DNA of 64,000 bases. Source: Acidobacteriota bacterium (GTDB lineage Bacteria > Acidobacteriota > CAIWXX01). The notes beneath the pieces were generated by a model. It was given only the letters and a program-made list of their open reading frames with translations, was not told the DNA's origin and ran no database searches. Below, piece after piece: positions 37,743 to 49,005 of the stretch. The stretch lies in assembly GCA_040755995.1 (NCBI GenBank), contig JBFMAF010000024.1:256001-320000 (forward strand), written 5' to 3'. The first letter of the stretch is position 1. Every line of letters begins with the position of its first letter. The translations under genes and the position numbers were made by a program.

Positions 37743-38624
37743 ATGCGGGCTCTGATTCTGGGCGTAACGGGCATGCTGGGACACCGGCTCTGGCTGGCCT
37801 TCCAGCGGCGCTTCGAGACGTGGGGAACGCTGAGGGGGGATTACGCAGGCATGACTCACCGCGAGCTGTTCGACCCGGCCCGGCTGGCCGAGCGCGTGCG
37901 CGCGGACGAGATTGGCACGGTGGAGCGCGCTCTGCTGGAGGTCCGGCCCGACGTGGTGATCAATTGCATAGGGGCCTTGAAACAGAGGGCGTCTGGGAGG
38001 GACCCGGTTGCGAGCATCTCGCTCAATGCCCTGTTCCCGCACCTGCTGGCGAATCTTTGCCAACGCGGCTGCATTCGCCTCATCCACATCAGCACGGACT
38101 GCGTATTCTCCGGCCGAAAGGGCATGTACCGCGAAACGGATCCGGCCGACGCCGAGGACCTATACGGCAGGACGAAGCTGCTCGGCGAGCTGAGCGGCCC
38201 GGGGTGCCTTACGCTTCGCACCTCTTTCATAGGGCGGGAGCTCGGCACTGCCCATGGCCTGCTGGAATGGTTTCTGTCCAACAGTGGAGGCCGGGTGCCA
38301 GGCTACCGGCGCGGTGTCTTCTCCGGGTTCACCACGCAGGCGTTCGCAGAGATTCTCTGCGAAGTGGTGGATAGGCATCGCGAAATCGCCGGTTTGTACC
38401 ACGTGTCTTCCGAGCCGATCAGCAAGTTCGAGCTGCTCCACATGGTCCGTCGGGCGCTGAACGTGGACATCGAAATTGAGCCCGATGACTCAGTCCAATA
38501 TGACCGGAGCCTGGACGGCACGCGCTTCCGGCAGACGGTTGGCATGAATCTGCCCAGTTGGTCTGATATGATGGCAGACCTGATGAACGAACCAGCGGAC
38601 TACTATCGGTCGAGGCAAGGTTGA
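37743..38624 (+). CDS. RmlD-like NDP-4-keto-6-deoxysugar reductase
   Basis: LILGVTGMLG, VINCIG, HISTDCVFSG, YGRTK. Confidence 0.88.
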   Translation: MRALILGVTGMLGHRLWLAFQRRFETWGTLRGDYAGMTHRELFDPARLAERVRADEIGTVERALLEVRPDVVINCIGALKQRASGRDPVASISLNALFPHLLANLCQRGCIRLIHISTDCVFSGRKGMYRETDPADAEDLYGRTKLLGELSGPGCLTLRTSFIGRELGTAHGLLEWFLSNSGGRVPGYRRGVFSGFTTQAFAEILCEVVDRHREIAGLYHVSSEPISKFELLHMVRRALNVDIEIEPDDSVQYDRSLDGTRFRQTVGMNLPSWSDMMADLMNEPADYYRSRQG

Positions 38625-38625
38625 C

Positions 38626-39672
38626 GTGTTCCTCGACGGAAAGCGAGTTCTCGTAACCGGAGGCACCGGCTCGCTCGGGCGCGCACTCGTGCGGCGCCTG
38701 CTCGACGGTGCGTCGGGGAGACCGGAGTTCGTGGCGGTGTTCTCGCGCGACGAAGCGAAGCAGCAAGACATGCGCCTCGACTACCTCAGGCGCATCGCGG
38801 CCACAGACGACATCGTATACCGGCACTCGCACGACAAGCTGAGATTCCAGATCGGCGACATCCGCGACTACGCGTCGGTCGTCCGTGCCTTGCGCGACGC
38901 GGACGTAGTGATTCACGCGGCGGCTCTCAAGCAGGTGCCCGTCTGCGAGTATTTCCCGGCCGAAGCCGTACACACCAATGTGCTTGGCGCTCAGAACCTG
39001 GTCAGGGCGGTCCGCGAGCAACAGGCGAAGGTGCAGGTCGTCGTCGGAGTCTCCACGGACAAGGCATGCAAGCCGATCAACGTCATGGGGATGACGAAGG
39101 CACTGATGGAACGCATCCTCGTCGAAGCCAATGCCAGCGTCTCGGGAACCCGCTTCGTGGCAGTCCGCTACGGAAACGTCATCGGCTCGCGAGGGTCCGT
39201 CATACCGCTCTTTCTCCAACAGATCGCCTCGGGCGGACCCGTGACGGTGACGCTCCGGGAGATGACCCGATTCTTCATCAGCATGGACCGGGCCGTGGAC
39301 ACCGTATTCGCGGCGTTGCTGACCGCGCGGCCCGGCGAGACGATCGTACCGAAACTCCCGTCGGCCCGAGTCCTGGACGTTGCGGCGGCGTTGATGGATG
39401 GGCGGGAGGTGCCGATCGTATTCACCGGCATCCGGCCGGGCGAGAAGGTGCATGAGATCCTGGTCTCGCAGGAGGAGTCGTATCGCACGGCCGAGCGCGA
39501 CGGCTATTACGTGATCTCGCCGATGCTTCCGGAGCTCGCGCCGGGAGCAGTCGAGAATCGGATTCCGTCTCAGGAGTACTCCTCCGCCTGCGGCACGCTC
39601 GATCTCAGCGCCGTTCGCGAGCTGATTCTGACCCAAGCCGCTCGGAGCAGCACCAAAGGAGACGTAGGATGA
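38626..39672 (+). CDS. UDP-GlcNAc 4,6-dehydratase/5-epimerase (FnlA/WbjB/CapE family)
   Basis: VTGGTGSLG, SRDEAKQ, HAAALKQVP, STDKACKPINVMGMTK, RYGNVIGSRGSVIP, GIRPGEK. Confidence 0.9.
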   Translation: MFLDGKRVLVTGGTGSLGRALVRRLLDGASGRPEFVAVFSRDEAKQQDMRLDYLRRIAATDDIVYRHSHDKLRFQIGDIRDYASVVRALRDADVVIHAAALKQVPVCEYFPAEAVHTNVLGAQNLVRAVREQQAKVQVVVGVSTDKACKPINVMGMTKALMERILVEANASVSGTRFVAVRYGNVIGSRGSVIPLFLQQIASGGPVTVTLREMTRFFISMDRAVDTVFAALLTARPGETIVPKLPSARVLDVAAALMDGREVPIVFTGIRPGEKVHEILVSQEESYRTAERDGYYVISPMLPELAPGAVENRIPSQEYSSACGTLDLSAVRELILTQAARSSTKGDVG

Positions 39673-40775
39673 AGGTAATGACCCTTTTCGGGACGCGGCC
39701 CGAAATCATCCGCCTGAGCCAGGTCATCAGGCAGCTAGATCGTCTCTGCGAGCACACCGTGCTGCACACCGGGCAGAATCACGATCCTCTACTCAGCGAC
39801 ATCTTCTTCGAGGAGCTAGCCCTGCGCCGTCCCGACGTCCATCTCGGGATTCGGGCGGCCTCCGCGGCGGATCAGATCGGCCAGATAGTGGCGAAGGCGG
39901 GGGAGGTGCTGGAACGGGTCGCGCCGGACCGGCTGCTGATTCTCGGAGACACCAACAGCGGGCTGGCGGCCATTCCGGCGGCTCGCCTGGGGATCCCCGT
40001 GTACCACATGGAGGCCGGGAACCGCTGCTACGACGCGCGCGTCCCGGAAGAGGTCAACCGTCGAATCATCGACCACTGCAGCGCAGTGCTCATGCCCTAC
40101 ACCCACCGAAGCAAGGAAAACCTGCTGCGGGAGGGGATCGAGCGTGACCGGATCTTCGTAGTAGGCAACCCGATCTTCGAGGTGCTGAGCGGGTTCATGG
40201 AGAAGATTCAGGCGAGCGACATCACGGAGCGGCTTGGGCTGGAGCGTCGCGGGTACTTCCTTGCGACGATGCACCGGTCGGAGAACGTGGACAATCCTCA
40301 ACGGCTCGCGCTGCTGCTGGACGGTCTCTCACGGGTTGCCGAGAGCTACAAGCAGCCGGTGCTCATGAGCGTTCATCCGCACACCGCAGACCAGCTCGAG
40401 CGGCACACCCTGCACCCGCTCTCCAGCCGCGTGCTCCTGATCCGTCCGCTCGGGTTCCTCGATTTCGTGCGACTGGAGAGAGGAGCGCGGGCGGTCCTCT
40501 CGGATAGCGGTACGGTGCAGGAGGAGTGCGCGATTCTGAGCGTACCCAACGTGACCATACGCGATGTGACGGAGAGGCCCGAGACCATCGAATGCGGGGC
40601 AACGATCGTGAGCGGGGCGGAACCCGCTGACATTCTCCGCAGGACCGAGCTGGCCCTCGCTCTGCCAGCCGCTTGGTCGCCACCGCCCGAATACATAGTG
40701 CCCAATGTGTCCGCCGCCGTGACAAAGGTCGTCCTGGGCCACCAGGGTACGACACGTCAGCTGAAGAGCTTCTGA
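39669..40775 (+). CDS. wecB: UDP-N-acetylhexosamine 2-epimerase, non-hydrolysing (FnlC/WbjD type)
   Basis: GTRPEIIRL, HTGQN, LGDTNS, HMEAGNRC, PEEVNR, SDSGTVQEE. Confidence 0.9.
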   Translation: MKVMTLFGTRPEIIRLSQVIRQLDRLCEHTVLHTGQNHDPLLSDIFFEELALRRPDVHLGIRAASAADQIGQIVAKAGEVLERVAPDRLLILGDTNSGLAAIPAARLGIPVYHMEAGNRCYDARVPEEVNRRIIDHCSAVLMPYTHRSKENLLREGIERDRIFVVGNPIFEVLSGFMEKIQASDITERLGLERRGYFLATMHRSENVDNPQRLALLLDGLSRVAESYKQPVLMSVHPHTADQLERHTLHPLSSRVLLIRPLGFLDFVRLERGARAVLSDSGTVQEECAILSVPNVTIRDVTERPETIECGATIVSGAEPADILRRTELALALPAAWSPPPEYIVPNVSAAVTKVVLGHQGTTRQLKSF

Positions 40776-40808
40776 GGGGAACTGCTGCTCCCGGCACGAC
40801 CCCATCGG

Positions 40809-42071
40809 ATGATGCGAATCCTGGTTCTGTCGCAGTACTACAGACCCGAACCGATTGCGAAGCCGCCTGAACTGGCGGAGGCTTTGCAGGGGCGCGGCCA
40901 CCGGGTCTCCGCTCTCACCAGCTTCCCGAACTACCCGAGCGGCAAATTGCACTCCGGATACCGCCTGAAGCTCATGCAGCGTGAGGTGATCGCCGGCATC
41001 CCCGTGCTGCGAGCATTGACGTTCCCGTACCACGGCCGCCGCGCATCCGGCCGAATTCTCAACTACGCCTCCTTCGCGCTGTTCGCAACCCTGGTAGGGT
41101 TTGTTGCGCCCCCCTGTGACATCATCTATGTATGGCACCCGCCGCTCACGATCGGAATAGCAGCCTGGCTTGTAGCGCGGTTCCGGCGCGTCCCGTTCGT
41201 CTACGACGTGCAGGACATTTGGCCCGAGAGCGTGACACTGTCCGGAGTGGTCCGGCCGGGTAGCTGGCTGCTGTCCACGATGTCCGCGCTCGAGAGATTC
41301 GTGTACGCTCGCGCCGATCATCTGATCGTGGTGACCGAAGGGGCGCGTCAGAACTTGATCACCAAAGGAGTTCCGGCCACGAAGGTGTCTGTGCTTCCGC
41401 ACTGGGTGGACGATCGGCTGTTCGATGCTGTCGGCCGGGAGCAGGTGCGGCTGGTGCGGGAAACCTACGCGTGGGGCTCGCGGTTTGTCGCGCTCTTCGC
41501 CGGGAATATCGGTTTGCTGCAAGGCCTGGAAACACTGGTTCGAGCTGCCGCCGAGCTGCCACCTGATGCCGGTGTGCTCCTGGTGCTGGTCGGCGATGGC
41601 ACCGACAAGAGCCGTCTCGAGAAACTTGCCATCGAGATCGGGGCGACGGATCGGGTCCAGTTCATCGAGCAACAGCCGCCCGACAGAATGCCTGCGCTCA
41701 TGGCCGCGGCGGATGTTCTGCTGGTTCATCTCAAGCGGTCTGCGATGTCCCACCACGTCATTCCCACCAAGACACTCGCCTACATGGCGGCTGGGAAGCC
41801 GCTGCTGATGGCCATGGAGGGCGCCGCTGCAGATCTCGCCAGAGCCTCGGGCGCCGGCACGCCAGTTCCACCGGAGGAGCCGGGTGCACTCGCAAGGGCT
41901 ATGCTCGCGTTGAGATCGATGGACGCAGGGGAGCGAGAAGCGATGGGATCCCGAGGGCGGGAGTACGTGAGGGTGCACCTGTCCCGGGACAAGGTCGTTC
42001 CTCAATACGAGGCGCTGTTCCAGCGCATGGTCGATGCGCGCGCCGACCGTAGCTCTTCGCGGCATCCGTGA
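40809..42071 (+). CDS. GT4 glycosyltransferase, WbuB/WbjE-like
   Basis: ILVLSQYYRPE, FPNYPSG, DVQDIWPES, FAGNIG, IPTKTLAYMAAGKP. Confidence 0.9.
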   Translation: MMRILVLSQYYRPEPIAKPPELAEALQGRGHRVSALTSFPNYPSGKLHSGYRLKLMQREVIAGIPVLRALTFPYHGRRASGRILNYASFALFATLVGFVAPPCDIIYVWHPPLTIGIAAWLVARFRRVPFVYDVQDIWPESVTLSGVVRPGSWLLSTMSALERFVYARADHLIVVTEGARQNLITKGVPATKVSVLPHWVDDRLFDAVGREQVRLVRETYAWGSRFVALFAGNIGLLQGLETLVRAAAELPPDAGVLLVLVGDGTDKSRLEKLAIEIGATDRVQFIEQQPPDRMPALMAAADVLLVHLKRSAMSHHVIPTKTLAYMAAGKPLLMAMEGAAADLARASGAGTPVPPEEPGALARAMLALRSMDAGEREAMGSRGREYVRVHLSRDKVVPQYEALFQRMVDARADRSSSRHP

Positions 42072-42206
42072 TAGACTCGAACGGAGCAGATGCCGTGATG
42101 CGCATACACGGAGAGCGGGAAGTGGCACCGCGCGGTTCTGCGCGTCTCCTCCTCACGGCCGCTCCGCGTCCGTTGCGAAACGCCCCGCTTTCGCTCGGAT
42201 CAAGCC

Positions 42207-43277
42207 ATGCTGAGCGTTGAGATGTGGACCTGGCTTTGCGCGGGGATCGTCGTTGCCGGTCTCTGTTGGGCCGGCGTGTTGAATCTGCGAAACTGGGCTG
42301 GTCGCCGGGGCATCTGGGATATCCCGAATGAACGGAGCGCCCATGCGCGGCCGGTGCCGACGGCCGGCGGCGCAGTCCTCGTTGCGGTCGTCTTGCCCGC
42401 ATTCCTCCTGCTCTCCAGCCTCACGGACGAGTGCCTGCCGCGTGCGGTAGTCTATGCCACGGGCGCCGCGCTTGTGGCCGCAGTGAGCCTGCTGGATGAC
42501 TTGCGCGGGCTCCCTGTCTGGCCTCGCCTGGTCGCTTACACCATCGCATCCGTCGCGGCAGCGCGCGGAGTAGGCTCGCTGGATACGGCCGTCTCAGCCC
42601 TGGGCGGCGCTGCCGCGCCGCAATGGGTGTCGCTGGTGATCACCGTGTTCTGGATCCTCGGCATGACCAATGCCTTCAACTTCATGGACGGCATCGATGG
42701 GATCGCGGCAAGCCAGGCAGTGCTGGCCGGGCTGACCTGGTGCGTCCTGGGCTGGTGGGAGGGTTTGATAGGAGTGGGAGGGCTCGGCTGTCTCGTCGCT
42801 TCCGCGTGTCTCACGTTCCTCCTGCACAACTGGTCTCCGGCCAGGATCTTCCTGGGCGACGTCGGCAGCACCTTCCTGGGCTACACTTTCGGCGTGATCA
42901 CGGTGATGGCGGCCGCGCGGAATGGCGTGTATGCCTTGGCCGGCGTGATGGCCGTCTGGCCGTTTCTCTTCGACACGATCTTCACGTTCTGCCGGCGTCT
43001 GTTTCGCGGTGAGAACGTATTCCGGGCGCACCGCAGTCATCTCTACCAGCGGCTGGTCCTCACGGGGCTTTCGCAGAAGGCGGTTGTTCTGATCTACGTC
43101 GCACTGGCCCTGCTCGGTTCGGGCCTTGCGTTCGCATGCGTGCCCACCTCTCGCCTTCCAATGCTGATCGCCGGGGTTGCGATTCCTATGGCCGCGTTAG
43201 GCCTTTGGCTGGCCGTGATCCTCCGAGAACGGAGATGCATTCGCTCTGGCGCGGATCAGAGGGCTGGGCTAGAATAG
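42207..43277 (+). CDS. MraY/WecA-family polyprenyl-phosphate HexNAc-1-phosphate transferase
   Basis: DIPNERSAH, LLDD, NAFNFMDGIDG, IFLGDVGS, AHRSHLYQRL. Confidence 0.92.
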   Translation: MLSVEMWTWLCAGIVVAGLCWAGVLNLRNWAGRRGIWDIPNERSAHARPVPTAGGAVLVAVVLPAFLLLSSLTDECLPRAVVYATGAALVAAVSLLDDLRGLPVWPRLVAYTIASVAAARGVGSLDTAVSALGGAAAPQWVSLVITVFWILGMTNAFNFMDGIDGIAASQAVLAGLTWCVLGWWEGLIGVGGLGCLVASACLTFLLHNWSPARIFLGDVGSTFLGYTFGVITVMAAARNGVYALAGVMAVWPFLFDTIFTFCRRLFRGENVFRAHRSHLYQRLVLTGLSQKAVVLIYVALALLGSGLAFACVPTSRLPMLIAGVAIPMAALGLWLAVILRERRCIRSGADQRAGLE

Positions 43278-43395
43278 CACCCCTGGGGTATGAGTTCCTG
43301 CGACAAGACCATGTCACGGTCGGACGACTGCGGCGCAGTGAATGGACCGTGCCTGCATCGCATCCGTCGCGACGGACGGAAAGGAGGGTGATCCT

Positions 43396-44334
43396 TTGTC
43401 GATCACATTGTACTGGCTGCAGAACGGGGGCTGCGGAGGTGACACGCATTCGTTTCTCAACGTAGATCCTCTGGATGCAACGACACTACTGGAGCTGCTC
43501 GGGGTAGACGTCCTCTGGCATCCGGCGCTGTCCAACGGAAGCGCGAACGTGCATCAACGGATCCTCGACCAGCTGCTCTCCGGTCGACAGCCTCTTGATG
43601 TGCTGTGCCTGGAGGGCTCGATTCTGCGAGGACCCGGCGGCACCGGAATGTACGACCTGATGTTCGGGAAGCCCAAGAAAGATCTGCTGGCAGCGCTCGC
43701 GCAAAAGGCGCGCTTCGTGGTAGCAATCGGCACTTGCGCAAGCTTCGGCGGTGTGGGGGCCGAGCATGAGGTCGAGGCCGTGGGGATGCAGTTCCTCAGG
43801 ACAGCGAAGGGCGGGTTCATGGGCGAGGAGTTCAGGGCCGGCAGCGGGCTCCCCGTTATCAACCTGCCGGGATGTCCATGCCATCCCTCCGTGGTTGCGG
43901 GGGCCCTGTCCGCGTTGGTCGCGGGGACGCCGCTGGATCTCGATCAGTACCAGCGCCCTCTCGATTGGTACGGCATCATGGTCCACCAGGGCTGTACCCG
44001 CAACGAATACCACGAGTACAGAGTGGAGGAGGTGGAGTTCGGAGAGAAGGGGTGTTTGTTCTTCCACAGAGGCTGCCACGGGCCGCTCGCACAAGGCCCC
44101 TGCAACAAGCTTCTCTGGAACGGACATTCATCCAAGACCCGCGTCGGCGTGCCCTGCCAGGGGTGCACTCGACCGGATTTCCCGCAACGATACGCATTCT
44201 TCCAGACTCGCAATATCGAAGGCATACCGATCGAGCTTCCGGACGGAATCGGCCGCGCGCACTACCTGGCCTACAAAGGAATGGCCGCGGCGGCGGCACC
44301 GCAACGCTTACGTGACCGCACCACCAATATTTGA
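43396..44334 (+). CDS. hupU: Cytoplasmic sensory [NiFe]-hydrogenase small subunit (HupU/HoxB-like)
   Basis: WLQNGGCGGD, GTCASFGG, NLPGCPCHP, HQGCTRNEY, GCLF..GCHGP, PCQGC; no Tat signal; AAGGAGG SD before TTG 43396. Confidence 0.88.
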   Translation: MSITLYWLQNGGCGGDTHSFLNVDPLDATTLLELLGVDVLWHPALSNGSANVHQRILDQLLSGRQPLDVLCLEGSILRGPGGTGMYDLMFGKPKKDLLAALAQKARFVVAIGTCASFGGVGAEHEVEAVGMQFLRTAKGGFMGEEFRAGSGLPVINLPGCPCHPSVVAGALSALVAGTPLDLDQYQRPLDWYGIMVHQGCTRNEYHEYRVEEVEFGEKGCLFFHRGCHGPLAQGPCNKLLWNGHSSKTRVGVPCQGCTRPDFPQRYAFFQTRNIEGIPIELPDGIGRAHYLAYKGMAAAAAPQRLRDRTTNI

Positions 44335-44423
44335 GACGCGGAGACGCGGAGATGAAAAGATGATGCAGGAGTGCCGGCTGCGAGCTCGAACGCTGAGACG
44401 GATCCCAGAAAGGCTGAGTTGAC

Positions 44424-45974
44424 ATGTCCAAAGACATCCGGTTGCACGTTCCGCTGAATCGTGTGGAGGGAGATCTAGATATAAAGGTTGACCTCAGGGA
44501 CGGGAGGGTCGCGGACGCCTGGAGCTCGGGCACGATGTACCGAGGCTTCGAGAACATCCTGGTCGGACGAGCACCGCTGGATGGGCTGGTGATCTCGCCG
44601 CGCATCTGCGGCATCTGTACGACGGCGCACCTGACGGTGGCGGCTCGCGCCCTGGACAAGATCGCCGGCACGACAGTGCCGGACAACGCCAGGAGGCTCA
44701 GGAACGTTACGCTCATGGCAGAGCACATACAGAGTGACATCCGCCACGCGTTCCTTCTATTCGCCCCGGACTTCGCCAACCCTGCCCACGCCTCGCAGGC
44801 GCTTCACGCAGAAGCCGTGCGGCGCTACGAGCCATTCAAGGGGCGGGCCGCGATCGAGACGATCAAGGAGACCAAGCGCGTGATCGAGATCATCGGGATA
44901 CTCGGCGGCCAATGGCCTCACTCGTCGTTCATGGTCCCGGGAGGTGTGGTCGGCGTGCCGGCAACTTCGGATCTTCTCCAGTGCCGGCAGATCCTGGCGT
45001 TGTACCGGCAATGGTACGAGCAGCGGGTGCTGGGATGCCGAATCGAACGATGGCAGGCCGTGCATAACCTGGAGACGCTTGAGGCCTGGCTGGATGAATG
45101 CGATTCTCACCGGGCGAGCGAGCTCGGATTCTTTCTCCGATTCGGAAGAGCGGTCGGGCTGGACACGGTCGGCAGGGGCCACGGCAACTACGTCTGCTTC
45201 GGTTCTCTCGAGCTCCCCGAGGAAACGAGCGTGAGGCCCGGTGGAGGCCCGGCTGCGGGAAATCTGTTGCAACCGGCAGGTTTCGCTCGCGGGACTGTCG
45301 TCGAATCATTCGATCAGGCGAAGATTTCGGAGCACGTCGCTCACTCGTGGTTCCGCGACTACGGCGGAGGGCGCCACCCGTCGGCAGGGGAGACCAATCC
45401 GTATGCCACCGGCAGCGAGAGTCATCGCTACTCGTGGGCCAAGGCGCCTCGCTACGACGGCGCCCCGGCCGAAACCGGCCCGCTCGCCGAAATGATCATT
45501 GCAGGCCACCCCCTGATCAGCGACTGGGTGGGAAGGCTGGGCCCGAGCGCGCTCGTGAGGGAGCTGGCGCGCCTGATCAGACCGACAACCTTGATGCCCG
45601 CCATGGACACCTGGATCGCAGAGATGTTGTCGAGCGACGGAGAGTACTACCGGCGGCACGAGGAGATCGAACACGGCGAGGGATGCGGCCTGGGCGAGGC
45701 CGCCCGAGGCGCCCTGGGACACTGGGTCACCATCCGCGATGGGAAAATCGATCACTACCAGATCATCACCCCCACCGCCTGGAACGGATCGCCAAGGGAC
45801 TCGAACGGGATACGAGGTCCCTGGGAGGAGGCGCTGATCGGAACGCCGGTCCGCGATCCCGAGAACCCGGTGGAGCTCGGGCATGTGGTCCGCTCTTTCG
45901 ACCCCTGCCTGGTCTGCACAGTCCACACTGTCTCCTGCCGCAGAGACGCTGCGCAGCTGCTTGCGAGGATCTGA
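44424..45974 (+). CDS. hupV: Sensory [NiFe]-hydrogenase large subunit (HupV/HoxC-like, group 2b/2c)
   Basis: NRVEGDL, L1 PRICGICTTAH, GGQWPHS, L2 RSFDPCLVCTVH followed by a 15-aa tail. Confidence 0.92.
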   Translation: MSKDIRLHVPLNRVEGDLDIKVDLRDGRVADAWSSGTMYRGFENILVGRAPLDGLVISPRICGICTTAHLTVAARALDKIAGTTVPDNARRLRNVTLMAEHIQSDIRHAFLLFAPDFANPAHASQALHAEAVRRYEPFKGRAAIETIKETKRVIEIIGILGGQWPHSSFMVPGGVVGVPATSDLLQCRQILALYRQWYEQRVLGCRIERWQAVHNLETLEAWLDECDSHRASELGFFLRFGRAVGLDTVGRGHGNYVCFGSLELPEETSVRPGGGPAAGNLLQPAGFARGTVVESFDQAKISEHVAHSWFRDYGGGRHPSAGETNPYATGSESHRYSWAKAPRYDGAPAETGPLAEMIIAGHPLISDWVGRLGPSALVRELARLIRPTTLMPAMDTWIAEMLSSDGEYYRRHEEIEHGEGCGLGEAARGALGHWVTIRDGKIDHYQIITPTAWNGSPRDSNGIRGPWEEALIGTPVRDPENPVELGHVVRSFDPCLVCTVHTVSCRRDAAQLLARI

Positions 45975-46007
45975 TGGGCCCGGAGCGGAACGGGCGAGGG
46001 TAGCCAT

Positions 46008-48683
<2,676 letters not shown>

Positions 48684-48958
48684 GCGAGCGCGCATCGGAT
48701 CGTTGCCGTTGCCGTGGTCGTTTCCGTCGCCGTCGCCGTGGTGGTCGCCGTTCCGGTCGCCGTTGGTCTGATCGCTGGACTCAAGGTGTGAGATGGGCAT
48801 ACGTTGGCCTCCCACGCATACGCCCACGCCTATGCCTACGGCTACGGCGACGTCAACGGCAACGCACTCAGACAAGACCAGTCAACCCTGGCAGGAGTAG
48901 CGCCGTCTGCGTGCGAGGTTCCTAGATGGAGGTGATGCACCCTGACCCGGGCCCGCAT

Positions 48959-48987
48959 TTGAAACTGCGGCTGCCGGTGGCTATGAT
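48959..48987 (+). promoter_or_regulatory. Sigma70-type promoter TTGAAA-17-TATGAT
   Basis: Near-consensus boxes 18 nt before GTG 49006. Confidence 0.55.
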
Positions 48988-49005
48988 TGCGCAGAGGGGC
49001 CCCCG

